The notes beneath the pieces are model-generated. The model did no database searches, had not been told where the DNA came from, and saw only the letters and a program-made list of their open reading frames with translations. From contig CAYVAT010000013.1 of assembly GCA_964449165.1 (NCBI GenBank), positions 407 to 64,406 on the forward strand: 64,000 bases of DNA, written 5' to 3'. Source of the DNA: an uncultured Eubacteriales bacterium (GTDB lineage Bacteria > Acidobacteriota > Aminicenantia > Aminicenantales > Aminicenantaceae). A program made the translations under genes and the position numbers. Within the stretch, counting starts at the first letter, position 1; every line of letters begins with the position of its first letter. Positions 36,776 to 46,307 of the stretch are shown one piece after another.

Positions 36776-37060
36776 TCAGAAGCGTCTTTTTCCCCCAAAT
36801 CCACCTCGGCGGTCGTCACGGCGAGGGCGGGCCTCGTTGACCTTAATAGTTCGCCCCTTCAAATCTTTGCCGTCGAGCCCGGAAATTGCGGACTGAGCTT
36901 CGCTGGAGTTAGGCATCTCGACGAATCCGAATCCCCTCGATTCGCCAGTGTACTTGTCTGTTATGATTTTGGCAGATGTGACCTGCCCGAAGGCTTCAAA
37001 AGCCTCTCGTAAATCTCCTTCTGTGGATTCCCGTGACAAATTGCCTACATAAATATTCAT
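36776..37060 (-). CDS. RRM-type RNA-binding protein with a Gly/Arg-rich tail
   Basis: NIYVGNLS (RNP2), RGFGFVEM (RNP1), C-terminal RRDDRRGGFGGKRRF. Confidence 0.8.
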   Translation of the reverse strand: MNIYVGNLSRESTEGDLREAFEAFGQVTSAKIITDKYTGESRGFGFVEMPNSSEAQSAISGLDGKDLKGRTIKVNEARPRRDDRRGGFGGKRRF

Positions 37061-37342
37061 TCTGGCTTCCTTTAATATTGGAATTGTAATAAGGGAGGGA
37101 TGTCATTTTTACCTGTTGAAATTTTCCCTCATCCTTTGTGATCCCTGCCTCTTCTTGGAAGCGGACAGGTCTCTTTTATTTCAACGCAAAAGATGATAGC
37201 ACAAGAAAGCTATGTCGTCAATGAATGTTGGGGTATTTACTTTCTTATCAACCATAATCTTCTGAGGCTCTGAATGAATGCTTGAATAGGCAAGTTGACA
37301 AAAAGAGGATTAGAACAGAAGCAGGGCTCCGTTTTTTTAGCT

Positions 37343-37804
37343 TTAATTATAAAATTTAGTTAAAACGCCTACTAATCGCTCTGCATGCACCTTGTCGTCA
37401 GCAGAGAGTCTCTCAAATAATTCTTTTAAAGATGCATCATTTACTTCTGCAAGTGTTTTTAGATGAAATTGCTCAAAAAGCCTTTCCAGCTCTGCAGCAT
37501 CATTTATGGCCTCTTGTAAGTCGATTCTTTTGTTGTGAACATCATCAATGAGCTTGATAACCCTGTATAATCCAATTTTTAACTCAGTTATTCTTTCTGA
37601 TTTCAGACTGAATGCATCAGGCGTCTCTTTTAAATAATTTTTGCCGGTGATCAAAAGCCTCATATGGTCTGTCTCGTCTTTAGAGAGCATCATTAATTCT
37701 CTTGAAATTGATCCAACACGACATAACTGACCAATCTGTTCATAGCATTCTGACATTTTCTCTTCCACCTGAATAGCAAGATTAAAAAGTTCATTGACAC
37801 TCAT
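37343..37804 (-). CDS. Ferritin-like/rubrerythrin-family diiron protein (no rubredoxin domain)
   Basis: ExxH-type motifs EEKMSECYEQ, DETDHMRLL, ELERLFEQFH, DDKVHAERL. Start chosen at MSVNELF because AGGAGG lies 5 nt upstream; the ORF-track start at 37891 is the alternative. Confidence 0.55.
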   Translation of the reverse strand: MSVNELFNLAIQVEEKMSECYEQIGQLCRVGSISRELMMLSKDETDHMRLLITGKNYLKETPDAFSLKSERITELKIGLYRVIKLIDDVHNKRIDLQEAINDAAELERLFEQFHLKTLAEVNDASLKELFERLSADDKVHAERLVGVLTKFYN

Positions 37805-38036
37805 ATCTCCTCCTTTTTCAACACAGATAGTCTTTAGTTCTTGATGGGAATACTGATTTTTCTCCTTATAACGGGCAAACAGCGAGAACATGTTAATAGA
37901 TATATTTTCTGTGAGTAAATAGCCTTAAAAGATGATTTCAGGGGTGATTTAAAAATAACCCCCTAGGTGCATATCTCTGCAAAGAACAATATGTTTTGTC
38001 TAATTGATAAGAAATTCGTTTTTCCCCTTATATCTC

Positions 38037-38111
38037 TGGTGGGCGGTACTGGGTTCGAACCAGTGACCCCCGGTTTGTAAGACCGGTACTCTACCGCTGA
38101 GCTAACCGCCC
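38037..38111 (-). tRNA. tRNA-Val (anticodon UAC)
   Basis: The reverse complement GGGCGGTTAGCTCAGCGGTAGAGTACCGGTCTTACAAACCGG...GGTTCGAACCCAGTACCGCCCACCA has anticodon loop CTTACAA and an encoded CCA. Confidence 0.85.
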
Positions 38112-38122
38112 GTTGTTTTCTA

Positions 38123-38151
38123 ATTAAAATCGAGAAGAGATTTTTTGTCAA
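38123..38151 (-). promoter_or_regulatory. Sigma-70-like promoter for tRNA-Val (TTGACA-N17-TTTAAT on the minus strand)
   Basis: The reverse complement reads CTTGACAAAAAATCTCTTCTCGATTTTAAT, about 12 nt upstream of the tRNA 5' end, divergent from the rplU promoter. Confidence 0.45.
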
Positions 38152-38163
38152 GCCGAAGGGTGA

Positions 38164-38192
38164 TTGACATAAAAATAACCATATGTTAAATT
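38164..38192 (+). promoter_or_regulatory. Sigma-70-like promoter for rplU-rpmA-obg (TTGACA-N17-TAAATT)
   Basis: TTGACATAAAAATAACCATATGTTAAATT lies about 40 nt upstream of the rplU start. Confidence 0.45.
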
Positions 38193-38232
38193 TAGATTCC
38201 TTTTACAATAAATTTCATTAAAGGTCAGAAGG

Positions 38233-38709
38233 ATGTTTGCTGTTATTAGAACAGGAGGAAAACAGTACCGAGTCCAGGAGGGAGATATTCTCGAGGTGGA
38301 GAAACTCCGGAAAAAAGAGGGACAGAAAGTCGTCTTTAAGGAAGTCCTTCTCGTCGAAGACGGAGATAGTGTTCTGTTGGGCATGCCTCTGGTCGATAAG
38401 GCCCAGGTAAAAGCAGAAGTGGTGGAAAATTTCAAGGATGAGAAGATCATCATTTTTAAGAAGAAGAGAAGAAAGCAGTATCGAAGGACAACAGGACACC
38501 GTCAGGAGTTGACTCGGGTGAAGATTGAACAGATTATCGCCGAGGCCAAAGCTCCTGTCGAGAAGCCCAAGGTCAAAAAGAAGGAGGAAGAGAAGACTCC
38601 AAAGAGACCGAAGGCGAAAAAAACCAGAGCCTCGAAGACACCAGAGAAAAAACAGAAGGTAGCCAAGAAAGCTCCTTCCTCCAGAAAAGTGACCAGGACA
38701 AAGGAGTAA
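38233..38709 (+). CDS. rplU: 50S ribosomal protein L21 with a long Lys-rich C-terminal extension
   Basis: [18 protein letters not shown]...; about 55 extra residues [25 protein letters not shown]... Confidence 0.9.
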   Translation: MFAVIRTGGKQYRVQEGDILEVEKLRKKEGQKVVFKEVLLVEDGDSVLLGMPLVDKAQVKAEVVENFKDEKIIIFKKKRRKQYRRTTGHRQELTRVKIEQIIAEAKAPVEKPKVKKKEEEKTPKRPKAKKTRASKTPEKKQKVAKKAPSSRKVTRTKE

Positions 38710-38713
38710 GAGG

Positions 38714-38968
38714 ATGGCGCATAAAAAATCCGGCGGAAGTGCAAAAAACGGAAGGGACAGTTACTCAAAGCGGCTGGGCGTGAAACGTTCAGGAGGCCAG
38801 TTTGTCAAGGCGGGTTCTATCCTGGTGCGGCAAAGAGGAACGCCCTTCAAGCCTGGTTTAAACGTAGGTCGGGGGAAAGACGATACTCTCTTTGCCAAAA
38901 TCACCGGCTTTGTCCGTTTTGAGACAAGAGGAAGAGGACAGAAATTCGTTTCCGTCCTTCCTTCCTAG
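38714..38968 (+). CDS. rpmA: 50S ribosomal protein L27
   Basis: [16 protein letters not shown]...[10 protein letters not shown]. Confidence 0.9.
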   Translation: MAHKKSGGSAKNGRDSYSKRLGVKRSGGQFVKAGSILVRQRGTPFKPGLNVGRGKDDTLFAKITGFVRFETRGRGQKFVSVLPS

Positions 38969-38992
38969 AAGGAGGGCCGAGCCTCTTTAAGC

Positions 38993-40012
38993 ATGTTCGT
39001 TGATCAAGTTAAAGTGACCCTCCGAGCTGGCAAGGGAGGCAACGGCTGTATGAGTTTCCGCCGGGAATGGGGGGTTCCTCGTGGCGGACCCGATGGGGGC
39101 CGGGGCGGAAATGGAGGAAATATCCATATCGTTTCCGACAGCCACATCAATTCACTGGCTTATTTCCGGTTTCATCCCATAATCAAATCCCAGAGAGGTG
39201 CACACGGGGAAGGGGGGAATCGCCAGGGAAAGAGCGGCGAAGACCTCTTCCTGAAAGTCCCTGTTGGAACCGTTGTCAGAGAAGAGAATAGAGACGAGGT
39301 TCTTTTCGATTTTACCGCCCCTGATCAGAAGTATTTAGCTGTCCGTGGAGGAAAAGGAGGGAGGGGAAACGCTTCCTTCGCCACTCCGACTCATCAGGCT
39401 CCTCGAGAGTCAGAGAAAGGGAAGGAAGGAGAGGAGCACAGCTTTATTCTGGAACTTAAACTCATCGCTGATGTTGGGGTTGTCGGTTTTCCCAACGTGG
39501 GAAAGTCAACGCTCATCTCCAAAATTTCTGCAGCCAGACCCCTCATCGCCGATTATCCGTTCACCACTCTGGTGCCTAATTTAGGGGTGGTGGATGTAGA
39601 TGAATTCCGAAGCTTTGTCATCGCCGATATTCCCGGTCTCATCCAAGGAGCTCATTTGGGCCATGGCCTGGGAATCCAGTTCCTGAAGCACGTGGAGAGG
39701 ACAAAAATTTTGGTTCACATGGTCGATGTCTCCCCTTACAACCAGAGAGATCCTGTCGAGGATTTCCAGACGGTGATGAAAGAGCTCGAGGCTTTCGGTC
39801 CTCAGCTGGTTGAGAAAAGCCAGATATTAACAGCCAACAAGATAGACCTTCTGGGCAAGGAAAAAGAGAGACTCGAGAGGGTGGAGAGATTAGCTCGGAG
39901 AGAAAAATTACCCTTTTTTGCCATTTCAGCCTTGAAGGCAGTCGGGTTGAGAGGGCTCGTGGCAAAAATGGCAGAAACTCTGAATTTTCCCGGAGACGAG
40001 AGACGGGTTTGA
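38993..40012 (+). CDS. obg: GTPase Obg/CgtA
   Basis: MFVDQVKVTLRAGKGGNGCMSFRRE (Obg fold); G motifs GFPNVGKST, DIPGLI, NKID. Confidence 0.9.
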   Translation: MFVDQVKVTLRAGKGGNGCMSFRREWGVPRGGPDGGRGGNGGNIHIVSDSHINSLAYFRFHPIIKSQRGAHGEGGNRQGKSGEDLFLKVPVGTVVREENRDEVLFDFTAPDQKYLAVRGGKGGRGNASFATPTHQAPRESEKGKEGEEHSFILELKLIADVGVVGFPNVGKSTLISKISAARPLIADYPFTTLVPNLGVVDVDEFRSFVIADIPGLIQGAHLGHGLGIQFLKHVERTKILVHMVDVSPYNQRDPVEDFQTVMKELEAFGPQLVEKSQILTANKIDLLGKEKERLERVERLARREKLPFFAISALKAVGLRGLVAKMAETLNFPGDERRV

Positions 40013-40674
40013 TGGAACGAATAGGAGTCCTCGGAGGCACTTTCAATCCCATACATATGGGGCATTTGAAGGTTGCAGATACGGTCCAGAGGTCATTTTA
40101 TCTCAGCAAGATTCTCTTCGTTCCCTCTTACATCCCTCCCCACAAAAAATCTTCGGAGATTGCTGCACCTTCGGATCGGTTGAAGATGGTGGAATTAGCT
40201 CTTGCCTCCTCCCCTCGGTTCATTCCCTCTTCGATCGAGATTCGAGCCAAGGGAAAGTCTTACTCCATCCTGACATTGAAGAAGCTGAAGAAACTCTATC
40301 CTCAGGCTTCAATCTTTTTCATCCTGGGTATAGATGCTTTCTTGGAGATTGACACGTGGAAGGAATACAGGGAAGTTCTCCAGCAGTGCTTTTTCGTGAT
40401 CGTCAGCCGTCCAGGATACAGGCTGGAAAATGCCAGGAGTGTTCTGGAAGAGAATTATCGAGAGAGGATGATTGAAATTTCAGAATCGGAAAGGATTAGG
40501 GAAGATATGCTTCAGAACTATCGGCTCTTTCTTCTATCCATGAACAGCGTGGATGTTGCCTCCACAGAAATCCGTGAAAAGATAAGGAGCGGAGAATCTA
40601 TTCGAGGAATGGTCCCACAGGCCGTGGAAAAATACATATTGGAGAACAGTCTCTATCGCGATAAAAATGATTGA
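40009..40674 (+). CDS. nadD: Nicotinate-nucleotide adenylyltransferase
   Basis: RIGVLGGTFNPIHMGHL (HxGH motif); conserved synteny after obg. Confidence 0.85.
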   Translation: MMERIGVLGGTFNPIHMGHLKVADTVQRSFYLSKILFVPSYIPPHKKSSEIAAPSDRLKMVELALASSPRFIPSSIEIRAKGKSYSILTLKKLKKLYPQASIFFILGIDAFLEIDTWKEYREVLQQCFFVIVSRPGYRLENARSVLEENYRERMIEISESERIREDMLQNYRLFLLSMNSVDVASTEIREKIRSGESIRGMVPQAVEKYILENSLYRDKND

Positions 40675-41038
40675 GAAAAAGACTAAAAAGCTGACCAAGC
40701 GCAATCTTCCTCCTGAAGTGAGGATTTCGGTCAAGGCCAGCTTAGCCAAGAAGGGCGAGGATCTTGTGGTGCTCGATTTAAGAGGCATTTCCTCTTTCAC
40801 CGATTTCTTCGTCATTACCCACGGAAACTCGCTCAGGCAGAATATCGCTCTTTATGAGAGTGTCGAAGAGGAATTAAAGAAGAAAGATATCCGTCCTTTG
40901 AGCATCGAGGGCAAGGAACATAGCGAATGGATCTTGATGGATTATGGAAGTTTTATAGTGCACATCTTCTCCAAAAGAGCAAGAGAGTATTACTCTCTGG
41001 AAAAATTATGGGGAGATGCACAGAAACTCTTCTATTGA
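40667..41038 (+). CDS. rsfS: Ribosomal silencing factor RsfS (Iojap family)
   Basis: About 120 aa; LVVLDLRGISSFTDFFVITHGNS is Iojap-like; synteny nadD-rsfS-rlmH. Confidence 0.8.
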   Translation: MIEKKTKKLTKRNLPPEVRISVKASLAKKGEDLVVLDLRGISSFTDFFVITHGNSLRQNIALYESVEEELKKKDIRPLSIEGKEHSEWILMDYGSFIVHIFSKRAREYYSLEKLWGDAQKLFY

Positions 41039-41341
41039 TCCTCTAATTTCATCGTGTTTCTTCAAGGAGTAGAGCTCCGCAGAAGTCACATTGGGAGAAG
41101 ATTGGCTTATCTGGATCTTTTATAACTCCATGTTATAGAAAATCAAGAAACAGTCCATTTTTATTACTGTCAGTAAGATCCTTAATCCCCGGTTTTCTCT
41201 ATAATCTAGGTGAGAGACAAATTAAAATCTCAGAGAATATTTTTCTACAAAAAATGGTTGACATTTGACTGGATAGGCATTATTTTATTGTAAATTTTTA
41301 AGTAATATTTCTCGAGATGGGAGGTAAATCAGCGTTCCACT

Positions 41342-41809
41342 ATGAGATTGAAGATTCTGTGGCCAGGAAAAACACGGAACAAAGAAATCGGACGATTGGA
41401 GGAGTTCTATCTCAGAAGAATCAATCAGTTAGAAAAGTGTGAACTGATTGAAACCAAGGAAGCGAGAGGTATTGAAGAAAGGTTTGCCGAAAAAATAATG
41501 AAGATAGAAGCCCAAGGTCTTGAAAAACACATCGGAGATGATTATATTATCTGCCTTTCTGATAGAGGAAAGGAAATGAATTCTGAGGAATTTGCCCGAT
41601 ATTTAGAGCAGAGAGTATCCCTGACTCCTAAGGTTGTCACTTTTGTGGTGGGTGGATTTCTCGGGCTGGAGGAGAGATTTTTAAGGAAGGCCCATTTTCT
41701 GCTGTCTCTTTCTCGAATGACATTTTCTCATGAACTGGTGCGTCTTCTTCTCTTGGAACAGATTTATCGTGCCTTGACCATCATGAAAGGAAGTCATTAT
41801 GTTAAATAA
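41342..41809 (+). CDS. rlmH: 23S rRNA (pseudouridine1915-N3)-methyltransferase RlmH (SPOUT)
   Basis: MRLKILWPGKTRNKEIGRLEEFYLRRI...; 155 aa SPOUT fold. Confidence 0.8.
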   Translation: MRLKILWPGKTRNKEIGRLEEFYLRRINQLEKCELIETKEARGIEERFAEKIMKIEAQGLEKHIGDDYIICLSDRGKEMNSEEFARYLEQRVSLTPKVVTFVVGGFLGLEERFLRKAHFLLSLSRMTFSHELVRLLLLEQIYRALTIMKGSHYVK

Positions 41810-41820
41810 GGGGGTTAAGA

Positions 41821-42174
41821 GTGAAAAAGCAAGATAAAGAGCGATACAAGAAGAAGCTGTTGAACAGGAAGAATGAGATCATCGACAAACTGAATGAGGC
41901 CTACACAGAGAGCATAGAAGTGGAGCCCAACTTTGCTCAGGATGTGGGGGACAAGGCTGAGACATCTTACACCAAGGAATTCCTCTTAAGCCTCTCTGAC
42001 TCGGAAAGAAAACAGCTTTTTATGATCGATGAAGCCTTGAAGAAAATCGGAGAGTGCACATACGGAATGTGCCAGATGTGCAACAAGCCAATAGGTAAAA
42101 AAAGGCTGAATGCCATCCCTTGGGCTCTCTATTGCATTCAGTGTCAGGAGAAGGCTGAGAGAGAATCCCCGTGA
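41821..42174 (+). CDS. DksA/TraR-family C4 zinc-finger protein
   Basis: CQMCNKPIGKKRLNAIPWALYCIQCQ is the C-terminal C4 finger typical of DksA/TraR. Confidence 0.7.
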   Translation: MKKQDKERYKKKLLNRKNEIIDKLNEAYTESIEVEPNFAQDVGDKAETSYTKEFLLSLSDSERKQLFMIDEALKKIGECTYGMCQMCNKPIGKKRLNAIPWALYCIQCQEKAERESP

Positions 42175-42911
42175 TTTCTCTCCGAGATAGATACTCTTCT
42201 CTCGCCAAATTAACAGAACTCATTTTTTTCCCCTCCCGTTGTCACATCTGTTCCGCACTGCTTGAGCAGCCCCATGAGAAAATCGTCTGTCAGTCCTGTC
42301 TGGCAAGCATGAAAAGGCCTCGGTTTTGTTTTTGCTTGTGCTGCGGTCGTTTTTTCGATTATTTAGGAGAACCCCACCTCTGTTCAACATGCATAAAAAG
42401 TGCGCCTCCTTTCTCCCGTCATCGTTCTTGCGGTCGGTATCAAGGGATATTGAAGGATGTTATCCTTCTCTACAAATACCGGAAATATAAAGTGTTGGGG
42501 AAGAGACTGGCCATTTTTGCCCACCAGGCCTTGGGAAAAAGCGAAGAGCTGTGGGAAGGGACAGAAGTTGTTATGGCGGTTCCTCTACATCCTGAGAAGA
42601 AAAGACAGCGGGGATTTAACCAGGCCGGGATCATAGCCCGGGAGATAGCCAGGATGCAAGGATTGGTTTTTGTCGAGGATGCCCTGACAAAATTTAAGAT
42701 GACACCTGCTCAGACTTCGCTCGCAGCAGAAGAGAGAAGACGCAATGTCAAAGGAGTCTTCCGCCTTAAAAAAAGAGAGAGAATCGAGAAGAAAACAGTC
42801 ATCCTTGTGGATGATGTTTTTACAACAGGCTCAACTCTGCGCGAATGCAGTATTGTGCTCAGAGAAGGAGGAGCCAAGGAAGTCAGGGCATTGACTTTAG
42901 CTCAAGCTTAG
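42171..42911 (+). CDS. ComF-family phosphoribosyltransferase-domain protein
   Basis: N-terminal Cys zinc-ribbon; C-terminal PRTase motif VILVDDVFTTGST. Confidence 0.75.
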   Translation: MISLRDRYSSLAKLTELIFFPSRCHICSALLEQPHEKIVCQSCLASMKRPRFCFCLCCGRFFDYLGEPHLCSTCIKSAPPFSRHRSCGRYQGILKDVILLYKYRKYKVLGKRLAIFAHQALGKSEELWEGTEVVMAVPLHPEKKRQRGFNQAGIIAREIARMQGLVFVEDALTKFKMTPAQTSLAAEERRRNVKGVFRLKKRERIEKKTVILVDDVFTTGSTLRECSIVLREGGAKEVRALTLAQA

Positions 42912-42927
42912 ATGTTTTATTAGGCAT

Positions 42928-42962
42928 AAAAAAAGAGCCCTGAGCTCTAGGGCCCAGGGCTC
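42928..42962 (-). terminator. Rho-independent terminator downstream of hsp20
   Basis: On the minus strand: GAGCCCTG-GGCCCTAGAGCT-CAGGGCTC followed by TTTTTTT. Placed between the convergent comF-family and hsp20 genes. Confidence 0.6.
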
Positions 42963-42973
42963 AGAATATTCGC

Positions 42974-43444
42974 TTATTTCTTAGCTTTCTCTGCGGATTT
43001 TGTTTTGAGGACCTTGACTTTTCGAGGCTTTAACTCTGGCTTTTTGGGCATGGTAATCTTGAGGACGCCGTTTTCATGATGAGCTTCGATCTTGTCTTGG
43101 TTGATGTAGTTGGGAAGAGTGAAAGAACGGTAGAAGGATCCGTAAGCACGTTCGATTCGGTGGTAGCTTTCCTCCTTAGTTTCTTTTTCGAATTTTCTCT
43201 CTCCAGAGAGAGTAAGGGTATTATCTTCTATCTTGATCTCGATGTCGTTCTCGTCGATTCCAGGAACTTCAGCACTAAGGATAAGGGCATTCTCGGTCTC
43301 GTAGATATCGACTGAAGGTGTCCATGTGCCGGCAACAAGATCTTTTTCTTCGCCTCGAGATGTGAAAGTTTCCTCAAAAAGCCGATTCATTTTTTCTCGC
43401 AGAGAAACAAGATCTCTAAATGGATCCCATCTGATGATCGCCAT
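42974..43444 (-). CDS. Small heat-shock protein (Hsp20/alpha-crystallin family)
   Basis: MAIIRWDPFRDLVSLREKMNRLFEE...; alpha-crystallin domain with ...LPGIDENDIEI... and a C-terminal I/L-K-I motif. Confidence 0.85.
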   Translation of the reverse strand: MAIIRWDPFRDLVSLREKMNRLFEETFTSRGEEKDLVAGTWTPSVDIYETENALILSAEVPGIDENDIEIKIEDNTLTLSGERKFEKETKEESYHRIERAYGSFYRSFTLPNYINQDKIEAHHENGVLKITMPKKPELKPRKVKVLKTKSAEKAKK

Positions 43445-43700
43445 TTTAAATACCTCCTTAAATCTTAGTCAAGAAACAATATAATATATTAGTGCCTATT
43501 TGTCAAGTAATTTTAAAAAAATTTTTAATTTTTACATAAAATAGGCTGATTTGTCTTGAATGAGAGCAAATCCTGCTGAAAAAGCCATTATATGGCTTAA
43601 TTTTGATCTATAAAGAGGATATCCGGATGAAAATACTTTTTTTTGGGAAGATACAGGGATTTACGCAGATAAGACTTCTGACATTAGAGAAAAAAAGAAG

Positions 43701-44453
43701 TTACTCTCCTGATATGTTTCTTGCTGATTTTCTTTTTGATGCCCTTTCCCTGGAGCCCTGAACAAGGATGGTGGATTCACCCTTTAATTTCCGCTTCTCC
43801 AAGCTCACCAATAGTTCTCCAGGGGTTCCTCTTAAGAATTCTTCATACATCTTGGTCATCTCTCGGGCTATAACAACCTGTCTTGGACCCATTTCTTCTG
43901 CGGTCAGGCTTAAAAATGAGGAGAGCCTTCGTAAGGGAAGATAAAAAACCAGAGTCCCCTCTTCTTCCTTCAGAGAGGAGAGCAGTTTTCGAGTGGCTTC
44001 CTTTTTTGGAGGTGGAAATCCGATAAAGAGGAATCTATGGGTTGAAAGTCCGGAGGCAGAAAGGGCTGCGGTCAGGGCAGAGGCTCCTGGTATGGGGACG
44101 ATACTGATTTTCTCTTCTATGGCTTTTTTTATCAGAGGAAAACCAGGATCGGAGAGACCGGGAGTACCGGCATCTGAGACAAGGGCTATGTCGCGTCCTT
44201 CTTTGAGCAGCTTGATAATTTTGGGGACCTTTTGTCTTTCTTTTGGTTGGTAGTAGCTTATCAGATTCTTTTTGAGTTGATACCTGCCCAGCAATTTCCT
44301 TGTCTGGCGGGTATCTTCGCAGGCGATCCAGTCCACTTCACCCAGAATCCTCAAGGCTCTCAAGGTCAGGTCTTCGAGGTTTCCGATAGGGGTGGCCACG
44401 ATATAAAGCTTTCCCTTGTTTTTTTGCTCTTGGGGTTCCTCTGCGTTGACCAT
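43701..44453 (-). CDS. rsmI: 16S rRNA (cytidine1402-2'-O)-methyltransferase
   Basis: LYIVATPIGNLEDLTLRAL...ACEDTRQTRKLL. Confidence 0.8.
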   Translation of the reverse strand: MVNAEEPQEQKNKGKLYIVATPIGNLEDLTLRALRILGEVDWIACEDTRQTRKLLGRYQLKKNLISYYQPKERQKVPKIIKLLKEGRDIALVSDAGTPGLSDPGFPLIKKAIEEKISIVPIPGASALTAALSASGLSTHRFLFIGFPPPKKEATRKLLSSLKEEEGTLVFYLPLRRLSSFLSLTAEEMGPRQVVIAREMTKMYEEFLRGTPGELLVSLEKRKLKGESTILVQGSRERASKRKSARNISGE

Positions 44454-44458
44454 GACCT

Positions 44459-45271
44459 CTATTTATCCCAGTCATAGGGAAAGAGAAAATCATGGCCGAC
44501 TGTCCGGGAGGATATTTTTGCTATAGGAGGAAGCTTTCTTTTGAATTCAGAATTTTTTATCAGATGGATGATCCTCTTTACATCCTCTTTCTTGAAGCCG
44601 GCTGTGATAACATCATTTTTTGATTTCCTCAGGTCAACAAGCTGGAATAGAATCTCATCCATGGTCTCGTAAGGAAGGCCAAGCTCTCCTTCATCGCTTT
44701 GGCCAGTCCAGAGCCCGGCTGATGGGGCTTTTTTTCGTATTTTCTCGGGAACACCCAGATGGACGGCCAATTGCCTGATTTGAGTCTTGTACAGATCACC
44801 CAGAGGATTGATGCCGGAGGCCATATCGCCATGAATTGTGCCGTACCCCAGGAGGAGCTCTGTTTTGTTGCTTGTGCCCAGAATGATCGCTTTCTCTCGG
44901 GCAGAAAAGTCATAGAGGATGGACATTCGTTCTCTGGCCATCTTGTTTCCCTTGATAATCCTGCTGGGTGTGGGGTATTTCGAAAAGTAGGCATCCACCA
45001 TGGGAGAGATATCGATCGTTTTTGAGCGGATGCCCACTAGCTTCGCTATCTCTTGAGCATCCCGGATATCATCTTGGCAGGCTTTTCCGTAGGGAAGGAT
45101 GAGAGCAATCACATTGTCCGGCTTGAGGGCCCTGGCAGCCAGGAAGGCACAGACAGAAGAGTCCACGCCCCCTGAAAGACCCAGGATACCCTTTTTGAAA
45201 TGAAACTTGGCCAGCTCCTCCTTGATAAAGGAGGTAAGGACTTTTTCCACAAAACCTGGGTTAATCTTCAT
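44459..45271 (-). CDS. nadE: NH3-dependent NAD+ synthetase
   Basis: GLSGGVDSSVCAFLA is the PP-loop (SGGxDS). Start chosen at MKINPGF to avoid overlapping the upstream gene. Confidence 0.8.
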   Translation of the reverse strand: MKINPGFVEKVLTSFIKEELAKFHFKKGILGLSGGVDSSVCAFLAARALKPDNVIALILPYGKACQDDIRDAQEIAKLVGIRSKTIDISPMVDAYFSKYPTPSRIIKGNKMARERMSILYDFSAREKAIILGTSNKTELLLGYGTIHGDMASGINPLGDLYKTQIRQLAVHLGVPEKIRKKAPSAGLWTGQSDEGELGLPYETMDEILFQLVDLRKSKNDVITAGFKKEDVKRIIHLIKNSEFKRKLPPIAKISSRTVGHDFLFPYDWDK

Positions 45272-46109
45272 AATCTTGGATGATCCTTTGGAGTGAATGA
45301 AGAATGATTTCGGGTTTTTCGTCTCTTTTGTAAGGCCATTTCTTGCGGGTTTCCCGGATATCATCCAGGTTGATCTTCTGGATCAGCAGCTCTTCATCCA
45401 GATAGGAGGCCTGGGCAAGAAGTTGACCCAGGGGGTTGAAGATGAACGAACCGCCGGAAAAATGTTTTCCGTCCTCAAAACCTACCCGGTTGCAGTAAAA
45501 AAGAAAGGCTGATGAAAAACGGGAGATAGCTTCTCCCATCACCTCCCACATCCGGTTTGACTCATATTTTTCTTTTTCTGAGAAACCGCGGCCTGGTGCT
45601 GCGCTGATAACGGTGATGATTTCAGATCCGCCAGCAAAGAGGAGGTAGCTTGACCCGTAGTGAAGAAAATCATAACAGATCAGCATTCCCATTTTGCCAA
45701 AAGGCGTAGAAAAGGTCTTGAAGTTTTTTCCCAAAGCAAAAAATTTCATTTCTTCGAACATCCCGTAGGTAGGAGGGAACACTTTGCGGTGGATATGCAG
45801 GATCTTCCCGCCAGAGAGGAAAGCCGCTGAATTGTAGAAAAGCCCTTTCTCCTTCTCCTCCACAAAACCGACAACAAGAGAAAGATCGCGGCTCAAGGTC
45901 TTGAGCTTTGAAAAGACAGGATCCTTCTCTGGACGTATGGCTACCTCTTCCACGAGATCCTTGAGAGTATATCCTGTCAAACTAAGCTCGGGGAAGATCA
46001 GGAGATCGACCTTTTTCTTTTTTGCTTTTTCGATTGTACGGAGATGGAGGTCGAAATTTTTGCGGACATTCCCCAGAACAGGGGCAATCTGAGCCAATCC
46101 CGCTTTCAT
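45261..46109 (-). CDS. Carbon-nitrogen hydrolase (nitrilase superfamily), likely glutamine amidotransferase partner of NadE
   Basis: MKAGLAQIAP...LIFPELSLTGY...catalytic Cys in MLICYD. The start uses the internal Met of the ORF-track model. Confidence 0.7.
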   Translation of the reverse strand: MKAGLAQIAPVLGNVRKNFDLHLRTIEKAKKKKVDLLIFPELSLTGYTLKDLVEEVAIRPEKDPVFSKLKTLSRDLSLVVGFVEEKEKGLFYNSAAFLSGGKILHIHRKVFPPTYGMFEEMKFFALGKNFKTFSTPFGKMGMLICYDFLHYGSSYLLFAGGSEIITVISAAPGRGFSEKEKYESNRMWEVMGEAISRFSSAFLFYCNRVGFEDGKHFSGGSFIFNPLGQLLAQASYLDEELLIQKINLDDIRETRKKWPYKRDEKPEIILHSLQRIIQDYED

Positions 46110-46307
46110 GATGCAGAAATTAACACAATTTATCCTCCTTTGCAATTCCGCTCTGGAAGAATATAATATATAAAGAAAATGAATGGTATGATATGGTTCT
46201 TAGGTAAAAAAGATGAGGAAATCAGAGACATATGCCGATCTTCTGAAATCGGTGGTATGCCCTTGATTTCCATGCTTAAGAAGGAGAGGAGTATCGTCTG
46301 AACTGAG

